NCBI GenBank assembly: GCA_046153645.1
Contig: JBJXGI010000063.1
Coordinates: 1-57,110 of the forward strand
Origin: Elusimicrobiota bacterium
Lineage (GTDB): Bacteria > Elusimicrobiota > Elusimicrobia > F11
DNA: 57,110 nucleotides
Direction: 5' to 3'
Shown here in pieces: positions 47,129 through 57,064 of the stretch. Below the pieces are notes generated by a model. That model was given only the letters and a program-made list of their open reading frames with translations. It made no database searches and had not been told where the DNA came from. The number at the start of each line of letters is the position of its first letter. Position 1 is the stretch's first letter. The translations under genes and the position numbers were made by a program.

Positions 47129-47172
47129 AAAAAACCCCACAACCCATAAATCATATGGGAAGCGGGGTTTTT
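47129..47172 (-). terminator. Intrinsic terminator after glnK
   Basis: AAAACCCC...CCCATA/TATGGG...GGGGTTTT hairpin with a T-tract. Confidence 0.7.
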
Positions 47173-47192
47173 AATAAGTCTATGAATAAGAA

Positions 47193-47534
47193 CTAATTCA
47201 GAGCGGTGTCACCTTTTTCTCCCGTGCGAATACGCAAAGCGTCAACAACATCAGTGATAAAAATCTTTCCATCACCAATTTTACCGGTCTTGGTCACCTT
47301 TACAATTGTACTGACAAGTTCAGGTGCTTCTTTATCGGTAACGACAACTTCAATTTTCACTTTGGGAAGAAGGCCCACTTTATATTCTTGACCTCTCCAT
47401 TGCTGAGTCACGCCTTTTTGACGGCCATGACCTTCAATTTCGGTTACCATGATTCCAGGATAACCGGCAGCTTGAAGAGCGTCCAACACTTCGTCCAAAC
47501 TATCTGGCCTAATAACAGCTTCAATTTTTTTCAT
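47193..47534 (-). CDS. glnK: PII nitrogen regulatory protein
   Basis: GHGRQKG...RGQEY and TGKIGDGKIF...IRTGE; adjacent to amtB. Confidence 0.95.
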   Translation of the reverse strand: MKKIEAVIRPDSLDEVLDALQAAGYPGIMVTEIEGHGRQKGVTQQWRGQEYKVGLLPKVKIEVVVTDKEAPELVSTIVKVTKTGKIGDGKIFITDVVDALRIRTGEKGDTALN

Positions 47535-47542
47535 AAATCCCC

Positions 47543-49060
47543 CTATTTCCCAACCGAGACAGGTTTCCCGTCGGCAACATATGCATGGCTAGATTTTCGA
47601 GTTAAGAATTCTGGGTAAGCCATTTGCCCATGTTCTCCAATATCCAAGCCTTCAATTTCTTCTTCTAAAGAAACTCTGACACCCATCGTAATTTTAATTA
47701 AATACCAAACGATCAGAGATGTAAAGAAAACAAATGCTCCAACGGCGGCAACACCAATGAGTTGTGCGGTTAATAATTTTGTTCCTCCACCGAAAAACAG
47801 ACCATTGCCCGTGGTATTGGGAATAAACTGATCTTGAGCAAAAAGACCAACGAAAATGGTTCCCAATACACCGCAACCTAAGTGAACAGCCAACGCACCT
47901 ACAGGATCGTCCATTTTGATTTTATCGAAGAACACCACAGCAAAAACAACGAAAATACCGGCAATGAGTCCGATAATAAATGAACTACCAACACTAACGA
48001 AAGCACAAGAAGCGGTAATGGCAACCAAACCGGCTAAACAACCATTGATCGACATTCCCAAATCAGGTTTACCTAAGTAAAACCAAGATGTGATTGTTGA
48101 ACTTAGAAGTGCCGCTGCTGCCGCGGTATTCGTTGTCACGCATATCCGCGCTATGTCACCTGCTGCTGCAGCCATGGTAGAGCCTGGGTTGAAACCAAAC
48201 CAACCAAGCCATAAAATTAAACAACCCGTAACACCTGATGTTAAGTTGTGTCCTGGTATCGCATTGATTTTCCCATTAGAACCATATTTTCCAAAGCGAG
48301 GACCAAGAACAATAATTCCAGCCAAGGCGGCCCATCCACCGACAGAGTGAACAGCGGTGTCTCCGGCAAAATCCCAAAAGCCAAGTTTCGCTAACCAACC
48401 GCCACCCCATATCCAGTGACCAGTAATAGGATAAATAATCCCAACCAAGAAAAATGTGAATACAATAAAACTTCCATACTTAATTCTTTCAGCAACCGCA
48501 CCTGAAACAATTGTCGCAGCAGTTCCCGCAAAAACCAATTGGAAAAAGAACTTTGCTAAAAAAGGAACAGTGGCCCAAGAAATAGAGGAATAAACACCTT
48601 GGTAGGCAGCGCCAGTTAAAGGACTGTTATCAGCCCCATTTAAAAACCACAAGCCCTGAGTTCCCATAAATCCATTTCCATCACCAAACATAAGCCCCCA
48701 ACCAATAGCCCAATAGGCAATAGTTGAAGCGGCAAAAACAACGAAGTTTTTAGAAAGAATGTTGACGCAATTTTTAGCACGAGCAAACCCGGATTCAACG
48801 AGGGCAAACCCTAAGTTCATAAAGAACACCAGCATCCCGGTAACAAGAACCCAAATTGTATCGACTGCTACTTTATTATCAAACTTGGCTTGCTCAAATT
48901 GAGCCGTCAGTTCAGACAAAGTAGGACCCGCAGGAACTGCTTCTGCTGGTGCTGCTATTACAGCATCTTCCGCATAAACGGAAGGCACGATGGCGGGTGT
49001 GATGGCCATCAGCATCATAAATAAGGCTAATTTCAGCCTTCTTTTGTAACAAGTACCCAT
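47543..49060 (-). CDS. amtB: Ammonium transporter
   Basis: FFQLVFAGTAATIVSGAVAER, DFAG.TAVH, LWLGWFGFN and DDPVGALAVH; start at ATG 49060 after an AAGGGG SD. Confidence 0.97.
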   Translation of the reverse strand: MGTCYKRRLKLALFMMLMAITPAIVPSVYAEDAVIAAPAEAVPAGPTLSELTAQFEQAKFDNKVAVDTIWVLVTGMLVFFMNLGFALVESGFARAKNCVNILSKNFVVFAASTIAYWAIGWGLMFGDGNGFMGTQGLWFLNGADNSPLTGAAYQGVYSSISWATVPFLAKFFFQLVFAGTAATIVSGAVAERIKYGSFIVFTFFLVGIIYPITGHWIWGGGWLAKLGFWDFAGDTAVHSVGGWAALAGIIVLGPRFGKYGSNGKINAIPGHNLTSGVTGCLILWLGWFGFNPGSTMAAAAGDIARICVTTNTAAAAALLSSTITSWFYLGKPDLGMSINGCLAGLVAITASCAFVSVGSSFIIGLIAGIFVVFAVVFFDKIKMDDPVGALAVHLGCGVLGTIFVGLFAQDQFIPNTTGNGLFFGGGTKLLTAQLIGVAAVGAFVFFTSLIVWYLIKITMGVRVSLEEEIEGLDIGEHGQMAYPEFLTRKSSHAYVADGKPVSVGK

Positions 49061-49088
49061 ATTATTTCCCCTTCTTAAGTTTTTGGAC

Positions 49089-49205
49089 AAAAAAAAAGCC
49101 CCGACCATCCACATTGGATAACCGGAGCATCTATGCCCTATTTTAGCTAAACTCTCAGTTGACATACTAAGAGCAAGCGTTTAACTTAGGCGACTTTGCG
49201 TAAGT
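49089..49205 (-). promoter_or_regulatory. ANTAR-type antitermination leader: two hexaloop hairpins plus a terminator
   Basis: P1 GC-AAAGUC-GC and P2 GGGC-AUAGAU-GCUC, both with A1/G4 loops; P2 overlaps a 14-bp terminator stem followed by U9. Confidence 0.72.
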
Positions 49206-49258
49206 GAAAAACTTAATACAAAATAAGAATTAAACCTGTCAACAATTATTTCACTTTC

Positions 49259-51211
49259 TTAACGGTTCTTAAGTCGAACACGAATAGGAAGAATTACGAC
49301 TTCAAGACCTTTAAATAAAAGTTTACGTTGCAAAATAAATGCGGTTTGATTGTGGAGAATTTTATTCCACCAGGTTTGTTCTTCAAAAACCAATTGCCCC
49401 GCAAAAAACATATGCCGTTTCCATTGCGGCGCAATTTGTTGACACAATTCCTCTAAACCTTCAGTGGCATCCACTTCCATGGTCATATGCCCTTCTGCGT
49501 AAAAGCCAAGATTATTAGCTAACTGAACATACTTAGCCAAATCATTATTAACTGATTCTTTTAGGGCTTCAATCTCGCTACTGCCTTTAAAACGGTCGGT
49601 ATCAATCACACCCACTGAAGCAAACACAAAATTTTTGTAATAAGCGGGAAAAGATTTAAGAATAGATAAAAGCGAATGGACGCCCATGCCATTGTAACCT
49701 GTGACCATTAAAATGGCGGTTGGCTCATTTGGTTTTTTTTCAGGAATCGACGTTGCTGGTTGGACAGGCAAATCGACGAGTGACTCGTCTAAATGTTTGA
49801 GCGCTTTGGACGTATTGAAATAATGATGGCGAACAAAATAACAAAAACCAATTAACGATCCTGTGCAAAGAAGAGTAATCCAACCGCCATCCTTAAATTT
49901 AACCGTGATTGTCACAATCAGAATGGAAAGAGTTAATAATAACCCCGTCAAACTGACCCATATTTTTGATGACCATCTTGGGTCCGTTCTTTTGGCCCAA
50001 TGAAGAAACATGCCCAATTGGGATAACGTAAAGGTTAAAAAAACATTAATGCTATACATAACAACAAGAATTCTGACCGAAGCCCCTGTATAAATAAGCG
50101 CCCCAAACGCAGCAATCCCGATCATTAAAATACCATCACGAATAACCAAACGATCACTCAAATTCTTAAACCGACGAGGAAGCCAATTGTCGATGGCCAT
50201 ATTGGACATAACCCGAGGACCATCCAAAAACCCGGCTTGAGCTGCCACAATTAAAAGAAACCCGGCTGAGATCATCGTCACAAGAAAGAAAATATTTCCT
50301 CCAGGTAAATGATCAACTAAAGAGTGAACCAATGTGGCATTGAGTGTCTGGCCAGGGACATGGTGAATATCATTTAAAACATAGTTAATTAATATTCCGC
50401 CAGCGCAAAAAGCCAAAGAAGTGGCCATAAAAAACATGGTTTTTTTGCCCGTCTTCACCCGAGGTTCTCTTAAAATCTGCAGTCCATTACTGACGGCTTC
50501 AATCCCAGTAAAAGTTCCTCCTCCCAGACAAAATGCTTTCGCAAATATAAAAAGCATGGAGAAAAATCCAATTTCTTGAATTCCCATATGAGTTTCGACA
50601 ATCGTATCAACGATCATCGGCTTTAAATTTCCGCCATGGGAAACAATGCCATAGGTGATAAAAATAAAATGGGTGAGACAAAAAACAATAAATATAGGAG
50701 TGAGAATCATAACAGACTCTTTAATTCCACGCAGATTAAGGATGATAAGGAATGTAAGAACGATAAGAGTAGAAATATATTTAAACTGCTGATACTGAAT
50801 AGGTAAAAAGCTGTAAATGGCGTCCATGCTCGCCGCCACAGAGATAGCCACAGTCAAAACATAATCAACAACAAGAGCAGAACCTGACACCAACCCTGAA
50901 GTAGGTCCTAATAGTTTTGAAGCAACTAAATACCCCCCGCCCCCTGAAGGAAATAATTCGATAATTTGTGAATAACTAGCTGATAGCAGAAAAACGGTTG
51001 CTGCCACCGCAATTCCCAACAATAGAGCAAGATGGGTATATTTCCCTAACTGGAGAAAGGCTTCCTCAGGACCATAAGCCGAGGAGCTTAATCCATCAGC
51101 TCCCAGTCCTACCCATGCGAAAAAAGCGACCAAGGAAATATTATGAAAAACTTTTGGGTCTAAAAAATTCTTGGGTTTACCAAAAATGAGATCTCTTAAT
51201 TTGAATATCAT
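49259..51211 (-). CDS. APC-family permease (KimA/YdaO-like)
   Basis: GADGLSSSAYGPEE, SYSQII..FPSGGGGY, VDYVLTVAIS, TGIEAVSNG and a soluble C-terminal domain. Confidence 0.88.
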   Translation of the reverse strand: MIFKLRDLIFGKPKNFLDPKVFHNISLVAFFAWVGLGADGLSSSAYGPEEAFLQLGKYTHLALLLGIAVAATVFLLSASYSQIIELFPSGGGGYLVASKLLGPTSGLVSGSALVVDYVLTVAISVAASMDAIYSFLPIQYQQFKYISTLIVLTFLIILNLRGIKESVMILTPIFIVFCLTHFIFITYGIVSHGGNLKPMIVDTIVETHMGIQEIGFFSMLFIFAKAFCLGGGTFTGIEAVSNGLQILREPRVKTGKKTMFFMATSLAFCAGGILINYVLNDIHHVPGQTLNATLVHSLVDHLPGGNIFFLVTMISAGFLLIVAAQAGFLDGPRVMSNMAIDNWLPRRFKNLSDRLVIRDGILMIGIAAFGALIYTGASVRILVVMYSINVFLTFTLSQLGMFLHWAKRTDPRWSSKIWVSLTGLLLTLSILIVTITVKFKDGGWITLLCTGSLIGFCYFVRHHYFNTSKALKHLDESLVDLPVQPATSIPEKKPNEPTAILMVTGYNGMGVHSLLSILKSFPAYYKNFVFASVGVIDTDRFKGSSEIEALKESVNNDLAKYVQLANNLGFYAEGHMTMEVDATEGLEELCQQIAPQWKRHMFFAGQLVFEEQTWWNKILHNQTAFILQRKLLFKGLEVVILPIRVRLKNR

Positions 51212-51385
51212 AAAAACGAATTATACACATTACCAAACCCCCTTGTGATGAGTTGACCAAAATCACACGGATTTACCGTGATAAATATGAGGCAAACAAA
51301 TGACAAAATTTCTTATTGATTTTTAGAGGGTTTCAGGGCATATATGTGTTATTAGGCCTTTTACGGCTATTGACTCGGAGGGAAT

Positions 51386-52078
51386 ATGGATGCGCTTAAA
51401 TCAAAGGTCCTGGCAATTGATGACGATGAAGCAATCTTAATGTTGTTTGATAGTATACTTCCAAAAGAAGGATTTTCAGTCGTATCAACCCTCCGCGGTG
51501 GAACTGGAATCACGATGGCTCATGATGAAAAACCAGATTTGATTATTCTCGATTTGGGGCTCCCGGACATTCCAGGAATGGAAGTGTGTAGAGTCATGAG
51601 ACAAGACCCCTCTATTAGACATATCCCCATTTTGATGTTAACCGCTCAAGCCAATGTTCAAGATAAAGTAAAAGGATTAGAACTTGGAGCCGATGATTAT
51701 CTCCCCAAACCTTTCGAACCAAAAGAATTGGTCGCTCGCATTAGAGCTATTTTAAGAAGAACTTTACATGAAAACCCTACAGAAAAGATTCTTGAAAAAG
51801 CCAATGTGAAAATTCTAGTTGACCAAATCATGGTGGAAGTTGATGGGGTTCCCAAAGGCAGACTCACCCGCAAAGAGTTTGATTTGCTTTATGTTTTGAT
51901 GAAAAAAAGTCCGCAAGTTCTTAGCCGAAGTTATTTGATTGAAACTGTTTGGGGGACCGATTATCCAGTGACGGATCGTACTGTTGATGCCACCATTAAA
52001 CGCCTTCGACAAAAAGTAGGCCCCGACGGCGCAAAACACATCACTACAATTGAAGGTTTTGGCTATAAATTCGAATAG
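51386..52078 (+). CDS. OmpR/PhoB-family response regulator
   Basis: Receiver (GADDYLPKPF) plus wHTH (LTRKEFDLL...DRTVDATIKRLRQK...GFGYKF). Confidence 0.95.
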   Translation: MDALKSKVLAIDDDEAILMLFDSILPKEGFSVVSTLRGGTGITMAHDEKPDLIILDLGLPDIPGMEVCRVMRQDPSIRHIPILMLTAQANVQDKVKGLELGADDYLPKPFEPKELVARIRAILRRTLHENPTEKILEKANVKILVDQIMVEVDGVPKGRLTRKEFDLLYVLMKKSPQVLSRSYLIETVWGTDYPVTDRTVDATIKRLRQKVGPDGAKHITTIEGFGYKFE

Positions 52079-52079
52079 A

Positions 52080-52790
52080 TTAACTGGTTTTCTTTTGTTT
52101 TTTGTTTTTATAAATCAGATAAATGAGCGAGATAAGTCCAATAGAGAGCGAAACAAAGAATAATGGCCTTAACGCCACCCATGCCTGGAAGAAGCCTTTT
52201 TGACCACTGATAAGAACGGCCTGCCATAACGAATGTGATAATGCTGTTATGAGTACCATCCAGGGTATGATTCCTAATAGAGTTCCTAAAAAATATTTCT
52301 TTAAAGAGATACCAGAAAGTCCCAGCGCATAATTACTCACAATAAAAGGAGGAATACCAATAAACCTCAATAAGAATACAGTTTTGAACCCTTCTGCAGC
52401 AGTAATTTGGTCAAAAGTTTTAAATTTCCCTTTTAAAAACGACTCTATCACGTCACGACCAAAATAACGAGATATCCCAAAAGCCATACAAGCCCCTAAA
52501 GTGGCACACAACACATTTAATGGGATGGCAACCCAAAAATTGAACAACACACCTCCAATGATCGGGAAAGGCGTAATAGGAAGCCAGAGAACACCAAAAA
52601 CAAAAAACACCAAAAACAAGGCGGTTAACATGGGGTTTCCCTTAGCGTGCTCAACCCATTCAATTAAAAATGGCAGTGTAAAATATTGTCCCCATGGAGA
52701 GAGCTTTAGAAGAACCAAAACACTCCCACACAAGAAAACACCAAAAAACAATTTCAACCAACTTGAATTATTTAGTTTCACAAAGTTCAA
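52080..52790 (-). CDS. TVP38/TMEM64 (VTT/DedA) membrane protein
   Basis: GGVLF, AFGISRYFGR, LLRFIGIPPF..SNYALGL and GTLLGIIP. Confidence 0.9.
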   Translation of the reverse strand: MNFVKLNNSSWLKLFFGVFLCGSVLVLLKLSPWGQYFTLPFLIEWVEHAKGNPMLTALFLVFFVFGVLWLPITPFPIIGGVLFNFWVAIPLNVLCATLGACMAFGISRYFGRDVIESFLKGKFKTFDQITAAEGFKTVFLLRFIGIPPFIVSNYALGLSGISLKKYFLGTLLGIIPWMVLITALSHSLWQAVLISGQKGFFQAWVALRPLFFVSLSIGLISLIYLIYKNKKQKKTS

Positions 52791-52811
52791 AATCCTTTTT
52801 ATGATAATACA

Positions 52812-53291
52812 ATGAAAAAACTTATTTTTCTTCTGTTGGCTATCATTGCACCCATCTTAGCGCAAAACTTGCCTCCCACAACAACGACACAGGTTATTTT
52901 TGAAAAAAAAGCCATCTTACAAACCCAAAAGAAACAAAAGATTTTTGTAAAAATGGCCCTCACCAACGAACAAAAAAATAAAGGGTTAAGCGGTCCGGAA
53001 AATGAAAAACTCGAAGGTAACCAAGGAATGTTCTTCTTTTATGAACAATCAGGCCCTAGAAAATTCTGGATGATGAACACCTATTTAAACTTAGACATTT
53101 TTTTTATGACGAAAGATCTAAAAATCATAAAAGTTTATAGAGATCTAAAAAAACACCCCTCAACAGAATGGGCAACAGACATACAACAAACCGACACAGT
53201 GAACGCAACCCATGTTCTCGAACTACCAGCCAAATCAAAAATTTCTAAAAGTTTAAAAGAAGGAGACCAACTATTCTGGGTTAAGAATTAG
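52812..53291 (+). CDS. DUF192 family protein
   Basis: KGLS...GMFFFY...FWMMNT..NLDIFF...VLELPA. Confidence 0.9.
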   Translation: MKKLIFLLLAIIAPILAQNLPPTTTTQVIFEKKAILQTQKKQKIFVKMALTNEQKNKGLSGPENEKLEGNQGMFFFYEQSGPRKFWMMNTYLNLDIFFMTKDLKIIKVYRDLKKHPSTEWATDIQQTDTVNATHVLELPAKSKISKSLKEGDQLFWVKN

Positions 53292-53763
53292 ACTCTTTAA
53301 TAATACGAAGAGCCTCTTCGACATGTGATTTAGGATTAAATTGAGAAGAGAACACATGCCGAATAATACCTTGTTTATCAATAACAAAAGTAACACGACC
53401 TGGAATAACACCCATTGTTGGAGGAACTCGATAGAGTTTTCTAACTTCATTTTTTTCATCACTTAGCAAAATAAAAGGAAGTTTGTATTTTTCGGCAAAA
53501 TTTCTATGTGAAGAAGGAGAATCGGAACTAATTCCAATCACTTCAACTTTGGACTCTTTAAAAATTTCGTAACTATCTCTGAAATCACATGATTCTGCAA
53601 TACAGCCATAAGTGTTGTCTTTGGGATAAAAATACAAAACGACACAAGTTCGTTCGCGAAATTGGCTTAAACGAATTACATTTCCATTCTGTGAAGGCAA
53701 AGAAAAATCCGGTGCAAGCTCGCCAACTTTCAGTGGTTCTTTTTTAAATAAAAAATCAAACAT
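53281..53763 (-). CDS. bcp: Peroxiredoxin Q/BCP
   Basis: VLYFYPKDNTYGCIAESCDFRD. Confidence 0.93.
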   Translation of the reverse strand: MFDFLFKKEPLKVGELAPDFSLPSQNGNVIRLSQFRERTCVVLYFYPKDNTYGCIAESCDFRDSYEIFKESKVEVIGISSDSPSSHRNFAEKYKLPFILLSDEKNEVRKLYRVPPTMGVIPGRVTFVIDKQGIIRHVFSSQFNPKSHVEEALRIIKESNS

Positions 53764-53769
53764 AACTCC

Positions 53770-54765
53770 CTATTTTAATTGCAGTTTTGAGACCATTGAT
53801 TGATCTAACAAATCCAAACAACTTTGAATTCCTTCAATTCGTTCTAAAACCGAAAGCGATCCAGGCAGAAACTGCATTTTAAATCCCAAATAGGTAAGTT
53901 TTTCTAAAGGTAATAAATTTAAGGATTTGCCTAATTCTGATTTACTTAGAAGCGAATGAGACAACAAAGCCTTTTTAGTGTATTCCTCATTTAAAAAAGG
54001 AGCATGAGAATCATCCCATTGTCCGAAGTTTTCATCCTGCGCTGTTGCACCAGAAAAAATATATCCTTTAAGAAGGTTTTGAACGGCAACGGCTTTTATG
54101 TGTTCAAGAGGTAATATTGTATTTCTTCCCTCAATAGCAGACCTTCCCCAATTGAGCCCCAACGACACTTTCCCCAATAATTCAGAATGATTGAGGATCG
54201 TTTTCATTTCATCTTCCAAAGACATAAAGCCTTTGACTGGAGGAACACTTGAGTTAAATGCATCACAATGTTCAATAATGAGTTCCGCGCCTTCCCAATT
54301 CCAGGAAGTAATTTCAAATAATGATTTTTGGAATGATTCAACAGAGGCTTTGACATGGGGCTTGGTCATGGACGGGGCCGAATGAAGTTGAACGGCAACC
54401 ACGGCCTTTCGCCTTAAAAATTGATTGAGTCGATGGAGCGCGTCCAATGCTTTTTTGGTGTATTTAACAGCGGCCTTTCTTCCTTCTTCAGAATCAGAAG
54501 CCAAACCAAAATGAGGATTCTGTTTTAAATTCCCAATGGTCCCGGGAATACAAGTGAAAACAAAATTCCAGTTGGGGTTAATGCTTTCTAAAAAAAGCTT
54601 TTCATCGAATCGATGCAACCCTTCACCATAAAAAGGGTGCTCCAAACCTTGAATTAAGGAAAAGTCGCGAATACCTAAGTAAAACTCCCTCTCGAGTTTA
54701 GGATCCCATTGATTTAAACAGGGAGAAGCGGCATAGGCGCCAACATAATATTGTTGAGTGATCAT
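53770..54765 (-). CDS. DUF4862-like TIM-barrel protein
   Basis: VGAYAASP, FGLASD..EGR, LHSAP, IEHCDA...KGF and NWGRSAIEGR. Confidence 0.75.
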   Translation of the reverse strand: MITQQYYVGAYAASPCLNQWDPKLEREFYLGIRDFSLIQGLEHPFYGEGLHRFDEKLFLESINPNWNFVFTCIPGTIGNLKQNPHFGLASDSEEGRKAAVKYTKKALDALHRLNQFLRRKAVVAVQLHSAPSMTKPHVKASVESFQKSLFEITSWNWEGAELIIEHCDAFNSSVPPVKGFMSLEDEMKTILNHSELLGKVSLGLNWGRSAIEGRNTILPLEHIKAVAVQNLLKGYIFSGATAQDENFGQWDDSHAPFLNEEYTKKALLSHSLLSKSELGKSLNLLPLEKLTYLGFKMQFLPGSLSVLERIEGIQSCLDLLDQSMVSKLQLK

Positions 54766-54862
54766 AAGTATATTCCAAGTTGATTATTAATTGAAAAAAG
54801 ATTCTAGAAAAAATATTCCTCTTTAAGGGAAATTTCACAGAAATGCTTAAATAGACTCTACC

Positions 54863-56017
54863 ATGACACCATTTAAAGAAATTTTCAGAAAAGAATCCTT
54901 ATTATATATAGGGGAAAAACTAGAAAAAGCCGGAGCACCAGGGGCAATCATCGCCGTCAAAAAAGCCATTCCTCAACTGCCCTCATTAGAGCTAAAACAA
55001 CGCTCCGATCTTGTCACACAAATTCTAAAAGAAATATTACCACCCAATCCCATTGAAGCTTTCAAAATAATAGAACAAACAATTGTCAAAGGAGAAAACC
55101 CTAAACCTTTAGGAAATTCAGCGGAGGACACATTCTCCCTTCATCCGAGAGGTTTGAATGGGTTCCTTTTACTTCCTTTTGGTGAATATGTTGCTCAAGT
55201 GGGACAAGGCCATTTTGAAGAATCAATGAAAATGCTCAAGACCATCACCAAACAATTTAGTTCGGAAGGACCAATCCGGCATTTCATCGTTTCTCAACCA
55301 GAAAAAACCTATGCCGAAATTTTGAGCTGGACAAATGATCCATCAGAACATGTACGAAGACTTTGTTCCGAAGGAACCAGGCCCCGCCTTCCCTGGGCGT
55401 TGAGACTTCAAAATGCCGTTAAAGATCCCACTCCAGGAATAAAAATATTGGAAAAACTGAAATACGATTCTTCACTTTATGTTAGGAAATCAGTGGCGAA
55501 TCATTTAAACGACATTGCCAAAGATCACTCTGAAATGGTGACAACCATCCTTGAGAAATGGATTCAACAATCCCCCTCATCGGAACTTTCAAAAATAAAA
55601 TGGATCACTCAGCACGCACTTAGAACTCTTATTAAGAAAGGCTATCCACTCGCCCTCAACCTCATAGGAATCAAACAAAATGACTTAATTGAAATTTCTC
55701 AATTAAAACTAAATCCTTTGAAATTAAAATTAGGCGACACTCTTTCTATTCAGTTCCAGATTGAAAATAAGGATAAAAAAACTCATTCTGTCCTTATTGA
55801 TATTGTTACCAACTTACTTAAAGCCAACGGATCTTATAGCGAAAAGGTCTTTAAGGGCCTTAAAACGAATCTAAAGCCCAATGAGCAGAGAAAATGTGAC
55901 CTAAAACTCCCCTTAAAAAAAGTGACGACGCGAGAATACTACTCAGGAAAGCAAGGAATCTCTTTGATTGTAAACGGGAACAAAACGAAGGCTTTGTTTT
56001 TTGAACTAAAAACTTAA
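54863..56017 (+). CDS. DNA alkylation repair protein (AlkC/YhaZ-like HEAT repeat with Ig-like C-terminus)
   Basis: HVRRLCSEGTRPRLPW, YVRKSVANHLNDIAKDH, HALRTLIK and TTREYYSG. Confidence 0.88.
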   Translation: MTPFKEIFRKESLLYIGEKLEKAGAPGAIIAVKKAIPQLPSLELKQRSDLVTQILKEILPPNPIEAFKIIEQTIVKGENPKPLGNSAEDTFSLHPRGLNGFLLLPFGEYVAQVGQGHFEESMKMLKTITKQFSSEGPIRHFIVSQPEKTYAEILSWTNDPSEHVRRLCSEGTRPRLPWALRLQNAVKDPTPGIKILEKLKYDSSLYVRKSVANHLNDIAKDHSEMVTTILEKWIQQSPSSELSKIKWITQHALRTLIKKGYPLALNLIGIKQNDLIEISQLKLNPLKLKLGDTLSIQFQIENKDKKTHSVLIDIVTNLLKANGSYSEKVFKGLKTNLKPNEQRKCDLKLPLKKVTTREYYSGKQGISLIVNGNKTKALFFELKT

Positions 56018-56037
56018 AAAATATGAATCAAAAAAAA

Positions 56038-56386
56038 TGGAGGTGGCGGGAATTGAACCCGCGTCCGGAGAGAGAGTCGTGTCGTTCCTACAAGTTTAGC
56101 CTTGTATTGATCTCGCGCGAAAGTTGTCACAAGACAGAACCACTCTCACGCCAGCCTCGTGTTGTTTAAGAAATGAAAGACGAGACGCGCCTTCGTTTCC
56201 GATCCCAGTGATGGCGTTCTGACCCCGATACCGGGCGTTTCAGGCAGAACGTCACAGCGTATTAGGCTGCGAGTGCTAACTCTTGGTCAGCAGTTACTGT
56301 TTTGGTCGACTTGATAACGGAGCCTCCGACCAACTCCGACTTGCAACGGGCACTGATCCACAGACCGTCGAAACCAGTTCACCCCC
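56038..56386 (-). ncRNA. ssrA: tmRNA, tag peptide (A)ADQELALAA
   Basis: 5' GGGGGTGAACTGGTTTCGAC; 3' GACGCGGGTTCAATTCCCGCCACCTCCA with G3-U70; GTAACT-GCT GAC CAA GAG TTA GCA CTC GCA GCC TAA. Confidence 0.95.
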
Positions 56387-56415
56387 ATAAATTGTAAAAG
56401 AACAATGCTTCTATT

Positions 56416-56868
56416 CTACCTTCTAACTCGGAAAAAAGCCCGAAGTATCTCGGCGCATTCTTCTTCCATGAAGCCTTTTAAAACACGGGGACAATGATTT
56501 AGGTTCTTATTGGGAATCACTTTCAGAACACTTCCGCAGGCCCCTGCTTTAGGATCATAGGCACCAAACATAACTTCAGAAATTCGTGCCTGAATAATCG
56601 CTCCAGCACACATCGAACAAGGCTCAAGTGTCACGTAGAGTTTCGTATCTAAAAATCGTTCGTTCTGAAGAACTTTTAACGCCTTACGAATAACCACAAT
56701 TTCCGCATGGGCGGTGGGATCATGACGGGCTCGAGTGAGGTTGTGACCTTGTGCAATAATTCTTCCTTCTTTAACTAAAACCGCTCCCACAGGAACTTCA
56801 TTTTTTAGAGCACCCAATTGAGCCTGCTTGAGAGCCATCATCATGAAAGGAAGATCTGTATTATTCAT
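56416..56868 (-). CDS. tadA: tRNA adenosine(34) deaminase
   Basis: EVPVGAV, DPTAHAE, YVTLEPCSMC and DPKAGA; start moved to ATG 56868. Confidence 0.95.
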   Translation of the reverse strand: MNNTDLPFMMMALKQAQLGALKNEVPVGAVLVKEGRIIAQGHNLTRARHDPTAHAEIVVIRKALKVLQNERFLDTKLYVTLEPCSMCAGAIIQARISEVMFGAYDPKAGACGSVLKVIPNKNLNHCPRVLKGFMEEECAEILRAFFRVRR

Positions 56869-56875
56869 AAAAAAG

Positions 56876-56927
56876 TGTGGCCAGCAGGATTTGAACCTGC
56901 GACCCCTTGCTTCGTAGTCGGATGCTC
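56876..56927 (-). pseudogene. Truncated chimeric tRNA-Arg(ACG) fragment (att-like scar)
   Basis: 37/42 identical to the 3' half of the tRNA at 57065; anticodon stem halves TCCGA and GCAAG do not pair; no 5' acceptor strand. Confidence 0.75.
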
Positions 56928-57003
56928 CCATTTTTCTCTACTGCTTCCAAATGCCTTGTTTTTCAATGTCTTTAGTTGTTTTTTGCATCCGATTTTTTCT
57001 GGC

Positions 57004-57027
57004 TATGTGTCAGTTTATGTGTCAGTT
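57004..57027. repeat. Perfect 12-bp tandem repeat
   Basis: TATGTGTCAGTT twice. Confidence 0.85.
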
Positions 57028-57064
57028 CGGATTGACAACCATCATCAACCCTCATCAAAGAAAT

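Noticed and set aside
51212..51385. c-di-AMP riboswitch, CRP site or pho box upstream of the KimA-like permease
   Set aside because: No ydaO motif. TGTGAT-N12-ATCACA has the wrong spacing for CRP, and the GTCAT-like repeats are not at 11-bp period.
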